Assembly (NCBI GenBank): GCA_009914755.4
Contig: CP068257.2
Span: forward strand, 34,048,001-34,112,000
DNA length: 64,000 nucleotides
From: the human T2T-CHM13v2.0 reference genome, Homo sapiens
Direction: 5' to 3'
A program made the position numbers and the translations under genes. Of the stretch, positions 53,652-64,000 are shown in pieces. Within the stretch, counting starts at the first letter, position 1. The number at the start of each line of letters is the position of its first letter. Under the pieces are notes generated by a model, which was given only the letters and a program-made list of their open reading frames with translations, did no database searches and was not told the DNA's origin.

Positions 53652-56166
53652 ATGAATATTTCTTAAATAAAAAAAAATTAAAACCAACATCTGCATGAGT
53701 CATTATAGGTATTATTAGTGAATCTGCTTGACTCTTCAGTCAGTATGGTATTAGAGGGAAAATAAGAAATCCTTTGGAAAGCCAAAATGCCATTGCTTAT
53801 TCCAAGCACTGTCTACAAATTGTTATAATCAGAGCTATGTTGTTTTCTTTGTTTTTCTTTAAATCGTTTGGATCTGGCAGTGCCCAGGCCTTTAGGTTTC
53901 TAATAAATTATTAATCTAAGAGTTAATAATTCAAGTTAATTGGTGGTATAAGCCACTTTCTCTGGCAAATGTGAGCAAAGGTCACAACTTTTTAACAGCA
54001 AGGGTGAAACCTTTTCTGAGGTTTTTTCCCTCCCCCATGGTCTATCATGGAAATATTAAGATATGAAAGAAAAATTTTAACCAGAGCTGGGAAAGCAAGA
54101 TAATTCCAAGGATAAAAGTGTAGACTGTCAGCCATACTTCCTGGCCAAGCACTGTCTCCATAGCCCTGCTGGAGGAAAAGGAGGTCTCCAGGGAATTCAG
54201 GGGACTCCAGCCCCACAGGAGCCCACCCAAGAAGGACACAGCCATGCAGGTTTGTAAACCTTTGACAAGACAACTTATAATCATTAAACATGTTGACTCA
54301 TTGATCAAAAAAGTTTTGGTTTTTTGTTTTTGTTTTTGTTTTTGTTTTCAGAAAATAAAAGAAGGCATTTAAGAGATTAGCTCACCAATGGGATTTTTCA
54401 CAAAGAATGATAATTTTCCTAAATTACAAGGCACAGGCTTAAGAATAGAGAACATCCATTCATACTGGGTGACAGCCATAGAATGCTAAGCAAACCCCTT
54501 CCACCACTGACTTCTTTGATTTTAATTAATGTATATATGCTCTGCCTTTTTGTTTCCAGAAAGAATTTCAGGTAATTCCTGATTGCAGGCCGCAGAAGCC
54601 AAGAAATAAAAGACTTCTTACCCGAACTAATGTGACTTTACTTTCCAGCTCATGGATTTGCCCCTAGATCTGTGAAGCAGCCACAAGTGGCCTAGCTGTT
54701 CTGGGTGTTTTATACCTTTTTTGGCCTTAATGCTTATTTGCAAGGTTCATGTCAAGTTACAGGCTGATGTGATGAAATGACTTTTTCCCATTTGGAAAAT
54801 AAGATTATTCTTAGTAGCTTGTTTCAGTCTTGATTAAAAGATAGATGTAAAATATTCAAAGAATGATGTCTGAAGACTTAAAGATAAAATTTACATGGAA
54901 GCCACTAGTTTAAAGAGATTCAGTCAGCTCCTCCAGCTCTTGTTTTTCTAAAGAAAATTTGAATAGCATATGCTTTTCATTGTGCTCCTTTTCAGCCATT
55001 TACATATTGGGGAAATATATATTTGGCAACTGGTCCTATTTTTAGGAGTCCTTGAAACTTGCCCTTTGAAAATGTTTTCATTTTTGGCACATATGTGTGT
55101 CTTAAGCAGAATGAAAACACAAAGTAAAAAAGAAAAATATGTACAAAAAGGAATGATTTTTCCAGCCCTATGTAGCACAATAAGAAAGCAATCATTCAGT
55201 GGTGACTTTAAAAAATGGATTCTTGCCTGGATTTTCCAACGATTTCCTTCTAAGTGAGCGTTTCTCTGCAGAACTGAACTAATGTAAAGAGACAGTTTGT
55301 TCCAGTGCCAGAAATGAACCAGCAAAAAAAAGGACGGAGGCTCTATTTTCATAGGAGGAAGTTAACAAAATAATACCCACTCTGTTTCTCTGCAGCCTCT
55401 TGTGTCATTTCAGAAGAAAGTGCCATATGCCCATTGCGTGATTTGAAGCATGTATTCCCAGCCTGACTCTTGGTCACCACTCGTTCTGTTATTTGCAGTC
55501 AGTAACAAAGATTCATCCTTGTGTCCATCATGCAACAAGGAGAATCTTTGTCACTTAGTGTAATTAATAGCTGGACCTTGCAAAGGAAGGTGGGAGAAGG
55601 AAGCCGTTCATGCATAGACCTGGATAAATTCAGAACAGGCTTTGCGGATCTTTGCTGCCTTTTGACCAATTAAGGTGCCAGAGCCCCAGCAGAAGAGGAA
55701 ATATGGTAAACAAAGTGTTTTCTCTGGGGCTGTGTGTGTTATAATCCCAAGCTCTGTAACTGTGGTTCAGGAGAGCTCTCTAACTTTCCCTATCAAGCCA
55801 GATGACCATCGACTCCCCTCTACGTCTATGTCCTATTTCAGTGTATCCTTCCCACTTTCCTTCCACCACACTGTCTTCACCAGCCTCTAGATAGATACCA
55901 CTATAGGATAAAAATCAAAAAGAGAGGCCTTATGTTTGATGAGTGCCTCCCCTAGACTATGTGGTTAAATCACTCAGCAAGCTTTCAGAGAATGTGTAAT
56001 GGGCCCTGTTTTCAAAATGAGAGGACTGAAAAGAGGTTTAGAGAGGCCAGCGCTGAGGTTAGGCTCAGGGAACAGATAGAAATAGCCGATTCAGGACCAC
56101 ATCAAGGGCTCTCTAATGCCGGGATTCTTAGCTCACTTTTCCCTGTATTGTGATCTTTTCTTTCAC

Positions 56167-56299
56167 TTTTTTTTTTTTTAATAGAGATGGGGTCTTGTTA
56201 TATTTCCCAGGCTGGTCTTGAACTCCTGGCCTCAAGCAATACTCCTGTCTTGGCCTCCCAAAGTGCTGGGGTTGCAGGCGTGAGCCACTGTACCCAGCC
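56167..56299 (-). mobile_element. Free Alu monomer-like element (left-monomer homolog with T-tail), antisense
   Basis: ttttttttttttaatagagatggggtcttgttatatttcccaggctggtcttgaactcctggcctcaagcaatactcctgtcttggcctcccaaagtgctggggttgcaggcgtgagccactgtacccagcc. Confidence 0.85.
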
Positions 56300-57012
56300 T
56301 CCTTAACTTTCTGAACTCCTACTTATTTATTTTTGTGACCCTACTTCTTTATTCTTCCTCCTCCTGTACAAAAATGGCTGGATGGATTCCACTTGTCCCT
56401 GGACCTTTAAACTCCTGTCCTCCATACCTGAACAAATCCAATTTATCTCTCAAAGTTTCAGAGAGTTCCTAAATACTAATAGTTCCTCACCATCATCTCA
56501 CTTGCAATCCGTGCATTTCAGAGTTCCCTTCCCAGAGGCCATTTTTGCCTTTAATTAGCAAATGCATACTATTCTAGGATCCATGAGATTTTTTTCCTTC
56601 TATTTCTGCCCAAGGAGAAAGCAAACACGTACTGCTGCATTTGCCATCCTAGGTCCATAATCTCTCTGATCTTTCTTCACCTTTAAAAATCTCACCTCAT
56701 ATATCTTTTCTTAGGCTCATCCCTCAAATATTCAGGTTATTTCCCCCAGGCTTCCTCTCACCTCTCTCCTTGTGGCTACACTGGCTAGGAGTGTCCAGCC
56801 TCATTCAAGAGGGGGTCGGATCTCCTTTCCCTGCCCTGTTGCTTTCCACGGTGGAACCAGCATCCTCCCTGACTCCCTGCCCCTCCTCAGGAACCACAAC
56901 TCCCTGTCGCCCTCCTCTGAACAGGATTGTTCTCCATCCATCCTCCTCCCTGCTCAGACCTCCATCCATAGCACTGTTTCTAAACCTCCAGCTCCCTCTC
57001 CCTTATCCCATC

Positions 57013-57380
57013 TGTGTTAGCCTGTTTTCACACTGCTGATAAAGACATACCTGAAACTGGGCAATTTACAAAAGAAAGATGTTTAATTGGACTCACAGTT
57101 CCACGTGACTGGGGAGGCCTCACAATCATGATGGAAGGCAAAGAGGAGCAAGACACATCTTACACGGATGGCAGCAGGCAAAGAGAGAGCTTGTGCAGAG
57201 AAACTTGTTTTTAAAACCATCAGACCTTGTAAGACTCATTCACTGTCATGAGAACAGCACAGGAAAGATCGGCCCCCTTAATACAATCACCTCCCACTGG
57301 GGTCCTCCCATGACGTGTGGGAATTGTGAGAGTTACAATTCAAGATGAGATTTGGGTGGGGACACAGCCAAACCATAGCA
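57013..57380 (-). mobile_element. THE1/MST-type MaLR solo LTR (antisense), second more diverged copy, with perfect 5-bp TSD CCATC (57008-57012 and 57381-57385)
   Basis: tgtgttagcctgttttcacactgctgataaagacatacctgaaactgggcaatttacaaaagaaagatgtttaattggactcacagttccacgtgactggggaggcctcacaatcatgatggaaggcaaag...ccatcagaccttgtaagactcattcactgtcatgagaacagcac...cccccttaatacaatcacctcccactggggtcc..tgggaattgtgagagttacaattcaagatgagatttgggtggggacacagccaaaccatagca. ccatc lies on both flanks. Confidence 0.85.
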
Positions 57381-57684
57381 CCATCTTTTCAAGGATCCTT
57401 TTCCACACATCTCACAGGGTCTGCTCCTGTCCTAGCTGGCTGAACAGTCATCCTAGGCTTCCAAAGTATTGCCAGTCAATGTTCATAGCTCTCTTTATCC
57501 AATTTGGGAACTCATCACTGCCTCTGAAACCCAGCTGCTTCATGATAGGCTGCAGCAATAACAATTTTGGAGGCCCAGCCCCTCCATGAGTTTGTTCTGA
57601 TTTGGGGTGTGCCCATTTGTGCTCTACCTAAGCTCCTGAGGTTAGGGACTCCTGTTAGTCTTAGTGACTCTATGTGTATAATAA

Positions 57685-58020
<336 letters not shown>

Positions 58021-59224
58021 TAAATTCTAATTCTTTAGATATGTAGAAAGCATAGTCATTCCTTCCAAGTCCATAAAAGTGCCTTGCCCACAACATGTGT
58101 GTTATTTTTCAATCCAAGGCACTCTGCTGAAAGTTCAGACCAGCATGGCAAGCTGCGCAAGCACAATTTAAATTCCTACCACACCACACCATTTTGGCTG
58201 ATGTGTTCCTAAGTATTTAAGTCACTGAACATTCCCTTCTTCCCCCCCCCAACCCCTCTCACATGACACCACCAATTTTGCCTTAAGGGAAACCTAAATG
58301 CAGATTCCTGTGACCTGGAGTGGACAAGATAGAGAGTTAGTTCCTGCTGTGATCCTACTATCTTCCATCTGTAGAATCTACCAGAAAGTAAGCTAAAACT
58401 TAGGAGCAATGGGAAATGAAGCAAGGTTGCCCTTAAGCCCATTTGTCTGCCAAGACCTCTCTGCAAGTCCTAGACTGAATTGCCTTCCAGATGTCCACCA
58501 AGATAAAAAATGTCACTACTTCAGGCCAATTTCTTTGCTTCCTCCCCACATGTGAAACCAGACAGAGACCTGGGAGTTATCCTGGACTCCTTCCCTTAAA
58601 TGATCCCTCCCGCACAGTCCAAGTCCTGTCCATCTCTTGCTGAACAGATCACCTAAAGTCACCTGAGCCTGTCCTCTGCTCTCTATCCCCATCACATCGT
58701 CTTCAGTATAGAATTAGGAATGGGATTGCAGTCCCTTCACTGCCTTTTACCTGCACCCTAGGAGTATCTACCCTTCACCAACTCTCTGTTGCTTACACCA
58801 TCAACTTGTGGAGAGCTCCAGGCCTGAGAGATGGATGTGGGGGTGACTGGAAGCTCAGTTCTCACTCAGCCCCTTTGTCACTCACACTCTGCCTCAGCAT
58901 TCACAGCTTAACAAAGACCAATGCAGCCTTCCGGTAGACCCATAAATGGAAGCTATCAGGACCATGGTAGAAGCTGATTCACATTCCATAGGGGCATGCA
59001 AGGTTTTCCAAGACCCAGCCTCCTCTGAGTTTTAATTTGTAGAAATACTGGACTGCCTGTAGTTCCCCAAACTCACCAGCCTTTGCACGTGTGCTCCCAG
59101 CACAAAGCTGCTTCCCACATCCCCTCAGCTCCATACAACCCCTCCGCATTACTCATAGAGGAAAATCTATTTACACATTTTGCTTGCTCAGATGCAACAG
59201 CCCCTAGGATGGCCTTCTGACTTC

Positions 59225-59480
59225 AACTACCTCCTCCTTATCCCTGTCTTAGTCTGCTCTGGCTGCCATAGCAAATACTACAGACCCAATCGCTTAAACA
59301 TCAGAGATTTATCTTCTCACAGTTCTGGAGGTCAGAAGTCTAAGAGCAGGTTCCTGGTAATGGCTCTCTTTCTGGCTTGTAAATGGCAAGTCCTCACCAT
59401 GTCTTCACGTAACCTTTCCTCAGGGCCTGCCCACACAGACAGAGGGAGATCTCTGGTGTATCTTTCTCTTGTTTTTTTAA
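59225..59480 (-). mobile_element. MaLR-like LTR fragment (MLT1 group), antisense
   Basis: ctggctgccatagcaaatactacagacccaatcgcttaaacatcagagatttatcttctcacagttctggaggtcagaagtctaagagcaggttcctggtaatggctctctttctggcttgtaaatggcaagtcctcaccatgtcttcacgtaacctttcctcagggcctgcccacacagacagagggagatctctggtgtatctttctcttgt. Confidence 0.5.
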
Positions 59481-59955
59481 CTGGTGACCAATTTATTAAA
59501 ATAGTTGACTTAAGTATCTGCAATGGTGGCTTCAACCTCAAGTCCTCGCTCAATACTGATGGAAGTCATCCGCTCAACAATCTCAGAAGGGCTGTGCGAG
59601 TCAATGAGTGGCTTGTGGATTTTCATCTGGAAATGATCCCATGTCTTAGAACCTTCACCTCAAGGAGTTTTTCTTGTAGTAATTCTCAAAAGTCTTGGTA
59701 GGCATTCTAACTGGTCCTTTCACTTCGAGATTCTTTTCCTTTGCTCCTCTGTTCAAGTCAGCACACATTTCTCCAGAGATTTTATGTGGCAGCTCATTAG
59801 CGTGATTCGAATTCAGCAAATCACCACCTCCAGCTCCATGGGTGTTTTTCTGGGATCTTTAAAAGCCATGGCTGCAGTGCAGCTTCTTGACCGACTTGTT
59901 CGTTGGCGAGAGTGAACAGTGGTGAATCAGGAGCAAAAAGCTATTCTTTTTTTTT

Positions 59956-60290
59956 TCCCATAGGTTACATGACTAAGTTATTTAGTGGTGATTTGTGAGA
60001 TTTTGATACACCCATCACCCAAGCAGTATACACTGCACTCAGTTTGTAGTTTTTTATCCCTCACCCCCTTCCCACCCTTTCCCCCGAGTCCTCAAAGTCC
60101 ACTGTGTCATTCTCATGCCTCTGCATCCTCATAACTCAGCTCCCACTTATGAGTGAGACCATATGATGTTTGGTTTTCTGCTCCTGAGTTACTTCACTTT
60201 TAGTCTCTAATCTCACCCAGGTTGCAGCAAATGCCACTAATTCATTCCTTTTTATGGCTGAGTAATATTCTTTCCTCTTTGAAGGCCGCC
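59956..60290 (-). mobile_element. LINE-1 fragment (3' region), antisense, preceded by T-run at 59946-59955
   Basis: ggttacatgactaagttatttagtggtgatttgtgagattttgatacacccatcacccaagcagtatacactgcactcagtttgtagttttttatccctcaccccc..cctcaaagtccactgtgtcattctcatgcctctgcatcctcataactcagctcccacttatgagtgagaccatatgatgtttggttttctgctcctgagttacttcacttt matches antisense L1 (gttacataggtaaattgtgtgtcacaggggtttggtgtacagattatttcatcacccaggtaataagcatagtacc..gtagtttttcaatcctcaccc...cccacttataagtgagaacatgcggtatttggttttctgttcctgcgttagtttgc). Confidence 0.7.
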
Positions 60291-62027
60291 AATCCTATCA
60301 GAGTAGGACCCCACCCTTATGACTGCATTAAACCTTAACCTCCTAAAAGCCCTACATCCAAACACAGTAATTCACAGCTTCAACACAGGAATTCTGAAGA
60401 ACACAATTTGGTCCATAGCAACCCATACCCCAATTCCCTGATAGAAAACACATTACCTACATACAGAAGAAAAATGACTTTCCTTGAGTACTCTACAAAT
60501 TAGTTTGTTTAGTGTTTTATTATAAAAGTTATTATTTGCAATCTATCTTACTATAATTGCACTATGTTCCATTATTATTTTTTGATAAGTAGAAATGCAA
60601 TATGTTTGCAAGTATGTGTTTTAATTCGTAACTTATGAAACTAGTAATAGCTGGCTGTTTTTTACCTAAATATGTCCATTTTATAGAGTTAAATCTAATA
60701 TAGATGTGTAATTTATCTTTATACATTGATCAACCAGATAAACTTGTAAATTAAATTTTATTTGCTATGTGCATTATTCGTTCCACAAAATTCTAACGAA
60801 AAAGGTTAAAAACAACCCACATGATTATGTAAACATCAAACTTTATTTTATGAAACTACAGAAGTTTAACTGAAGTTTCACTGTTGCCATCAATCTGTGA
60901 GTCCCAGCAGGAAAAGGAATTGATGGGCTGATAAGGGTCCACTTCACCTGCTTTTGAAGGAACCACACCTCTTCTCTTTCATGAATTATTAAAATCGAGA
61001 TACAAAAGTTGCCATTCTGGAAATGGATGGATGCTGTTAGCTGTCATGTGACAAGTGAGGTTTTATTTATTTTTAGCTCACAGTTCCCTCTCACATACAT
61101 ACTGAGAGACTGAAAAAAATGCTGGGGATCATTAAACATGACTGGTTTTATGGTATCTAACTACATCTTCAACGTTTACTAAGACTAAAATTTAATCTTT
61201 AATCTCAATTATATTACACATCATGAATAATGTGGACCTGAATTCCAGCTCCTGATTTCTTATGAAGTCAGTCTACAAAATAATCAAATTAATTTATACA
61301 AGTTACCCAGGAAAAACGGTTTGCTGACTATGGTTACATCTCACTTGCTTAACTTATTCAATGTTAAGCTTAATTTCCACAAGAGGTTGGAGCTACTAAG
61401 AGTTGTTTGTTAAGAAGCTGCGAAAAGAGCATACTTAGGTGTTTCCACACCAAACCAGACTGTGAGCCCCAGAAATGGACATGAGAGGCCTTACAAGACC
61501 TTCTTCTCCTTTACAGCCATTTCCTAAAGCAAATATTCAAAGTCTGCATTACCCATGAGTTGAACCATCCTATGCATACAAAATGGCCACTCAGAAGGAT
61601 TACGTAAAAGCTGCCATTCCTTTCTAATAGAAATGAGTTTGTGCACTGAAAGTCAGCAGTTCATCCACATTATATCCCAGAGGACTAATTTCTGCAGCTA
61701 GAGAACTGGAAAACCTCAGCATTTTTCAGGGAGAACAGAAACGTTATCCTATAGCTCTCCCTGCACCATCCTACCCTCCTCCTTGCCCACAGCCACTGAC
61801 GAGTCAGTGATAAAAGACTCCATCTTCACCTCAACTTGGATTTCATTTTTACTCTCCACTCCCTTAGACTTGAGGTTCTAGAACATTCCTTGCTTTTCAG
61901 ACTACCTTCAACTTGATCCGAGATTCAAACACCAGTTTCCCTGGTGTTTTTCTTTCTTATTCTCAGAAACATATTCTCTGCTAGACCACATAACCATTAA
62001 CTCCACACATCCTAAATTCTCTTACAA

Positions 62028-62135
62028 AAAAGAAAAAAAAGAGAGACAGGGTCTCTGTTGCCCAGGCTGGACTTGAACCCAAGGCCCAAGCGATCATTCC
62101 ACCTAAGCTTCCCAAGTAGCTGGAACTATAGGTGA
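62028..62135 (-). mobile_element. Alu-related fragment (partial, antisense) preceded by an A-rich run
   Basis: gagacagggtctctgttgcccaggctggacttgaacccaaggcccaagcgatcattccacctaagcttcccaagtagctggaactataggtg. Confidence 0.7.
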
Positions 62136-62752
62136 CTCCACACATTCTGAAGAGGAAGCTAGCATCCTCCCTACACAGCCCATTTTTGGTCCTATTATAG
62201 TTCTACCTTTTTTATAAATGATAAACTGATAACGGCTTCAAGAAACAAGTAAACTTTGAAAGATTGCAAAGGAACCCTTCCCTTAACCCTCCTCCATCTC
62301 CCCTCCATAATTCACCTTATTTTCCAGAGCCTGCTCTCCTCAACTACCTCATTCCAATTTACTATATGTTGGCTTCTGAAGAAAGCCAACGTTTGGAAGC
62401 CAATGTGTGGTAAATTGCTCATTGCTAACTGAGGTGTATTTAAGTTTGCATAGTGACTATTATGAGCAGTATTTCATACATTCTTAGCAGTCAGAGAAGC
62501 CTTCCTGCGAACGACCACCACTCTTCTACCTCTTTTTCCCCTCCTCTCCCACCCATGCACACATCCCTTTCTGTTTATGGAATTCATAAAAACATGTAGC
62601 AAGCTGAATCTAAAAAGTCCCTGGTCCCTTCTAAAGAAGTCTGTTATAAAGAGTGGAAGAAACAGCCAAAGAAGCTATTGCCAATGAAAAGAGAGACCTC
62701 GAACCTTAATATTGTTTCCCATGTCTTTGCTCAACACTTTGGAAGAGATTTT

Positions 62753-63297
62753 ATGGGTTTTGTTTTTCCAGTACAGTTGACTCTTGCACAATATGGGTAT
62801 GAACTATGCAGGTTCATTTATACAGACTCTTTTTCAGTAAAAGTTACACTGAACATGCCTCCTCTCCTGACCTCCCTTCCACCTCCTCCATCTCTGCTGC
62901 CTCTGCCCCTCTTGAGACAGCAAGGCCAACCCCTCCACTTCCTCCTCCTTATCAGCCTACTCGACATGAACATGATGAAGATGAAGACCTTTATGATGAT
63001 CCACTTCCACTCAATGAATAGTAAATGTATTTCATCCACCTTTTTCTTAATAACATTTTCTCTTCTCTAGCTTACTTTATTGTGAGAATGCAGTACATAA
63101 TATATATATATAACATACAAAATATGTGCTAATTGACTGTCTGTGTTATCAGCAAGGCTTCCAGCCAACAGTAGGCTATTGGTTAAGTTTTTGAGGAGCA
63201 GGCTATTGGTGAAGTTATACATGGATTTTCAACTGCATTGGTGGAGGAGGGGGGTCAGCATCCCTAATCACCACATTGTTCAAGGATCAACTATAAT
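62753..63297. mobile_element. Non-autonomous DNA transposon (Tc1/mariner-type MITE, ~545 bp) with ~19-bp terminal inverted repeats and TA flanks
   Basis: 5' terminus cagttgactcttgcacaatatgggtatgaactatgcaggttcatttatacagac. 3' terminus ..ggggggtcagcatccctaatcaccacattgttcaaggatcaactata. The reverse complement of the 3' end (tatagttgatccttgaaca) matches the 5' end (cagttgactcttgcaca). Flanks are ccagTA | element | TAatttc. Internal sequence is homologous to a common human MITE consensus (cagttgacccttgaacaacacgggtttgaactgcg..gtccacttata...ttaataacattttcttttctctagcttactttattgt.agaatacagta.ataatacatataacatacaaaatatgtgttaat.gactgtttatgttatcggtaaggcttccggtcaacagtaggctattagtagttaagtttttgggg). Confidence 0.65.
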
Positions 63298-63712
63298 TTC
63301 TTTGCTGTGCCCAAAATTTGAGAGGTACTTATAACTGCTGGTAGAATTTTTCCTGTGTAAAAATAGGTGGCATTTGTCTGAGAAAACCAAACCTGGGAAA
63401 GCACAGATTCAATCTGAATTCCAAAAGGGTGTGCTTTCCCATCTGTACACTAAAAGATTTCCCTGTAATTCCATTTGCTGGTGACTGCACATTTTTCAAA
63501 TTAAACTTGAGGAAGGAAGAGAACACTTGTCCTTGAGAAGTTTATAGCAACAGAAGCACCAGAATAGAAACTTTAGATAACTTAGAAAAATTAAACACCT
63601 CTAAACAGCACCCCAAAAAAGTTAGCCATTTTTAAGATATGAACATTTTATTTTTTCTTAATTAGAGCATTGAATATCATAAGTAGATCAAGTGTGTTTG
63701 CTCCTGTTATTA

Positions 63713-64000
<288 letters not shown>

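Noticed and set aside
53270-57380. Single full-length THE1/MST endogenous retrovirus-like element with two LTRs
   Set aside because: Each LTR has its own distinct perfect 5-bp TSD (ATGAA and CCATC), and the copies are markedly diverged from each other. They are two independent solo LTRs.
59180-59701. 173-aa ORF in apparently mixed sequence
   Set aside because: The ORF's first ~300 nt lie within an antisense MaLR LTR fragment (59225-59480) and the remainder is unconstrained sequence. It has no recognisable domain, no CpG island and no splice context.
62806-63021. 71-aa proline-rich ORF with an acidic C-terminal tail
   Set aside because: It lies wholly inside a Tc1/mariner-type MITE whose consensus is non-coding. 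The P-rich stretch comes from a CT-rich internal segment.

Overview
This 64-kb window is vertebrate genomic DNA, almost certainly human or another catarrhine primate, and not a prokaryotic or phage locus. The evidence is at least 17 Alu SINE copies in both orientations, several with poly(A) tails and flanking target-site duplications. Further evidence is four LINE-1 3'-end fragments, several MIR SINE relics and MaLR-type LTRs, plus overall CpG depletion. The MaLR LTRs include two THE1/MST-like solo LTRs, each with its own perfect 5-bp target-site duplication. Also present are a degenerate Hsmar2-like mariner with a recognisable but inactivated transposase reading frame, a MADE1 fragment and three Tc1/mariner-type MITE copies. 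Simple repeats include an ~800-bp GA-rich polypurine tract, a ~390-bp (GGAT)n-type minisatellite, (CA)n, (GT)n, (TTG)n, (TTTC)n/(TC)n and a C15 homopolymer. I could not support any protein-coding exon, RNA gene, CpG island or promoter from the sequence alone. The region looks like deep intronic or intergenic DNA. Essentially all ORFs in the six-frame track are translations of low-complexity repeats or interspersed repeats. The only ORFs that encode a recognisable protein are the frameshifted mariner transposase remnants at about 20.5-21.5 kb. I found no novel, undescribed biological system here. The observations worth a second look are structural: young Alu insertions with intact TSDs, inverted Alu pairs, nested repeat insertions, and tracts that could form non-B DNA. 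Family and subfamily names for the older LTR and DNA-transposon relics are given from memory of consensus sequences and should be confirmed with RepeatMasker/Dfam. Coordinates of repeat boundaries are by-eye estimates, good to roughly 5-10 bp.
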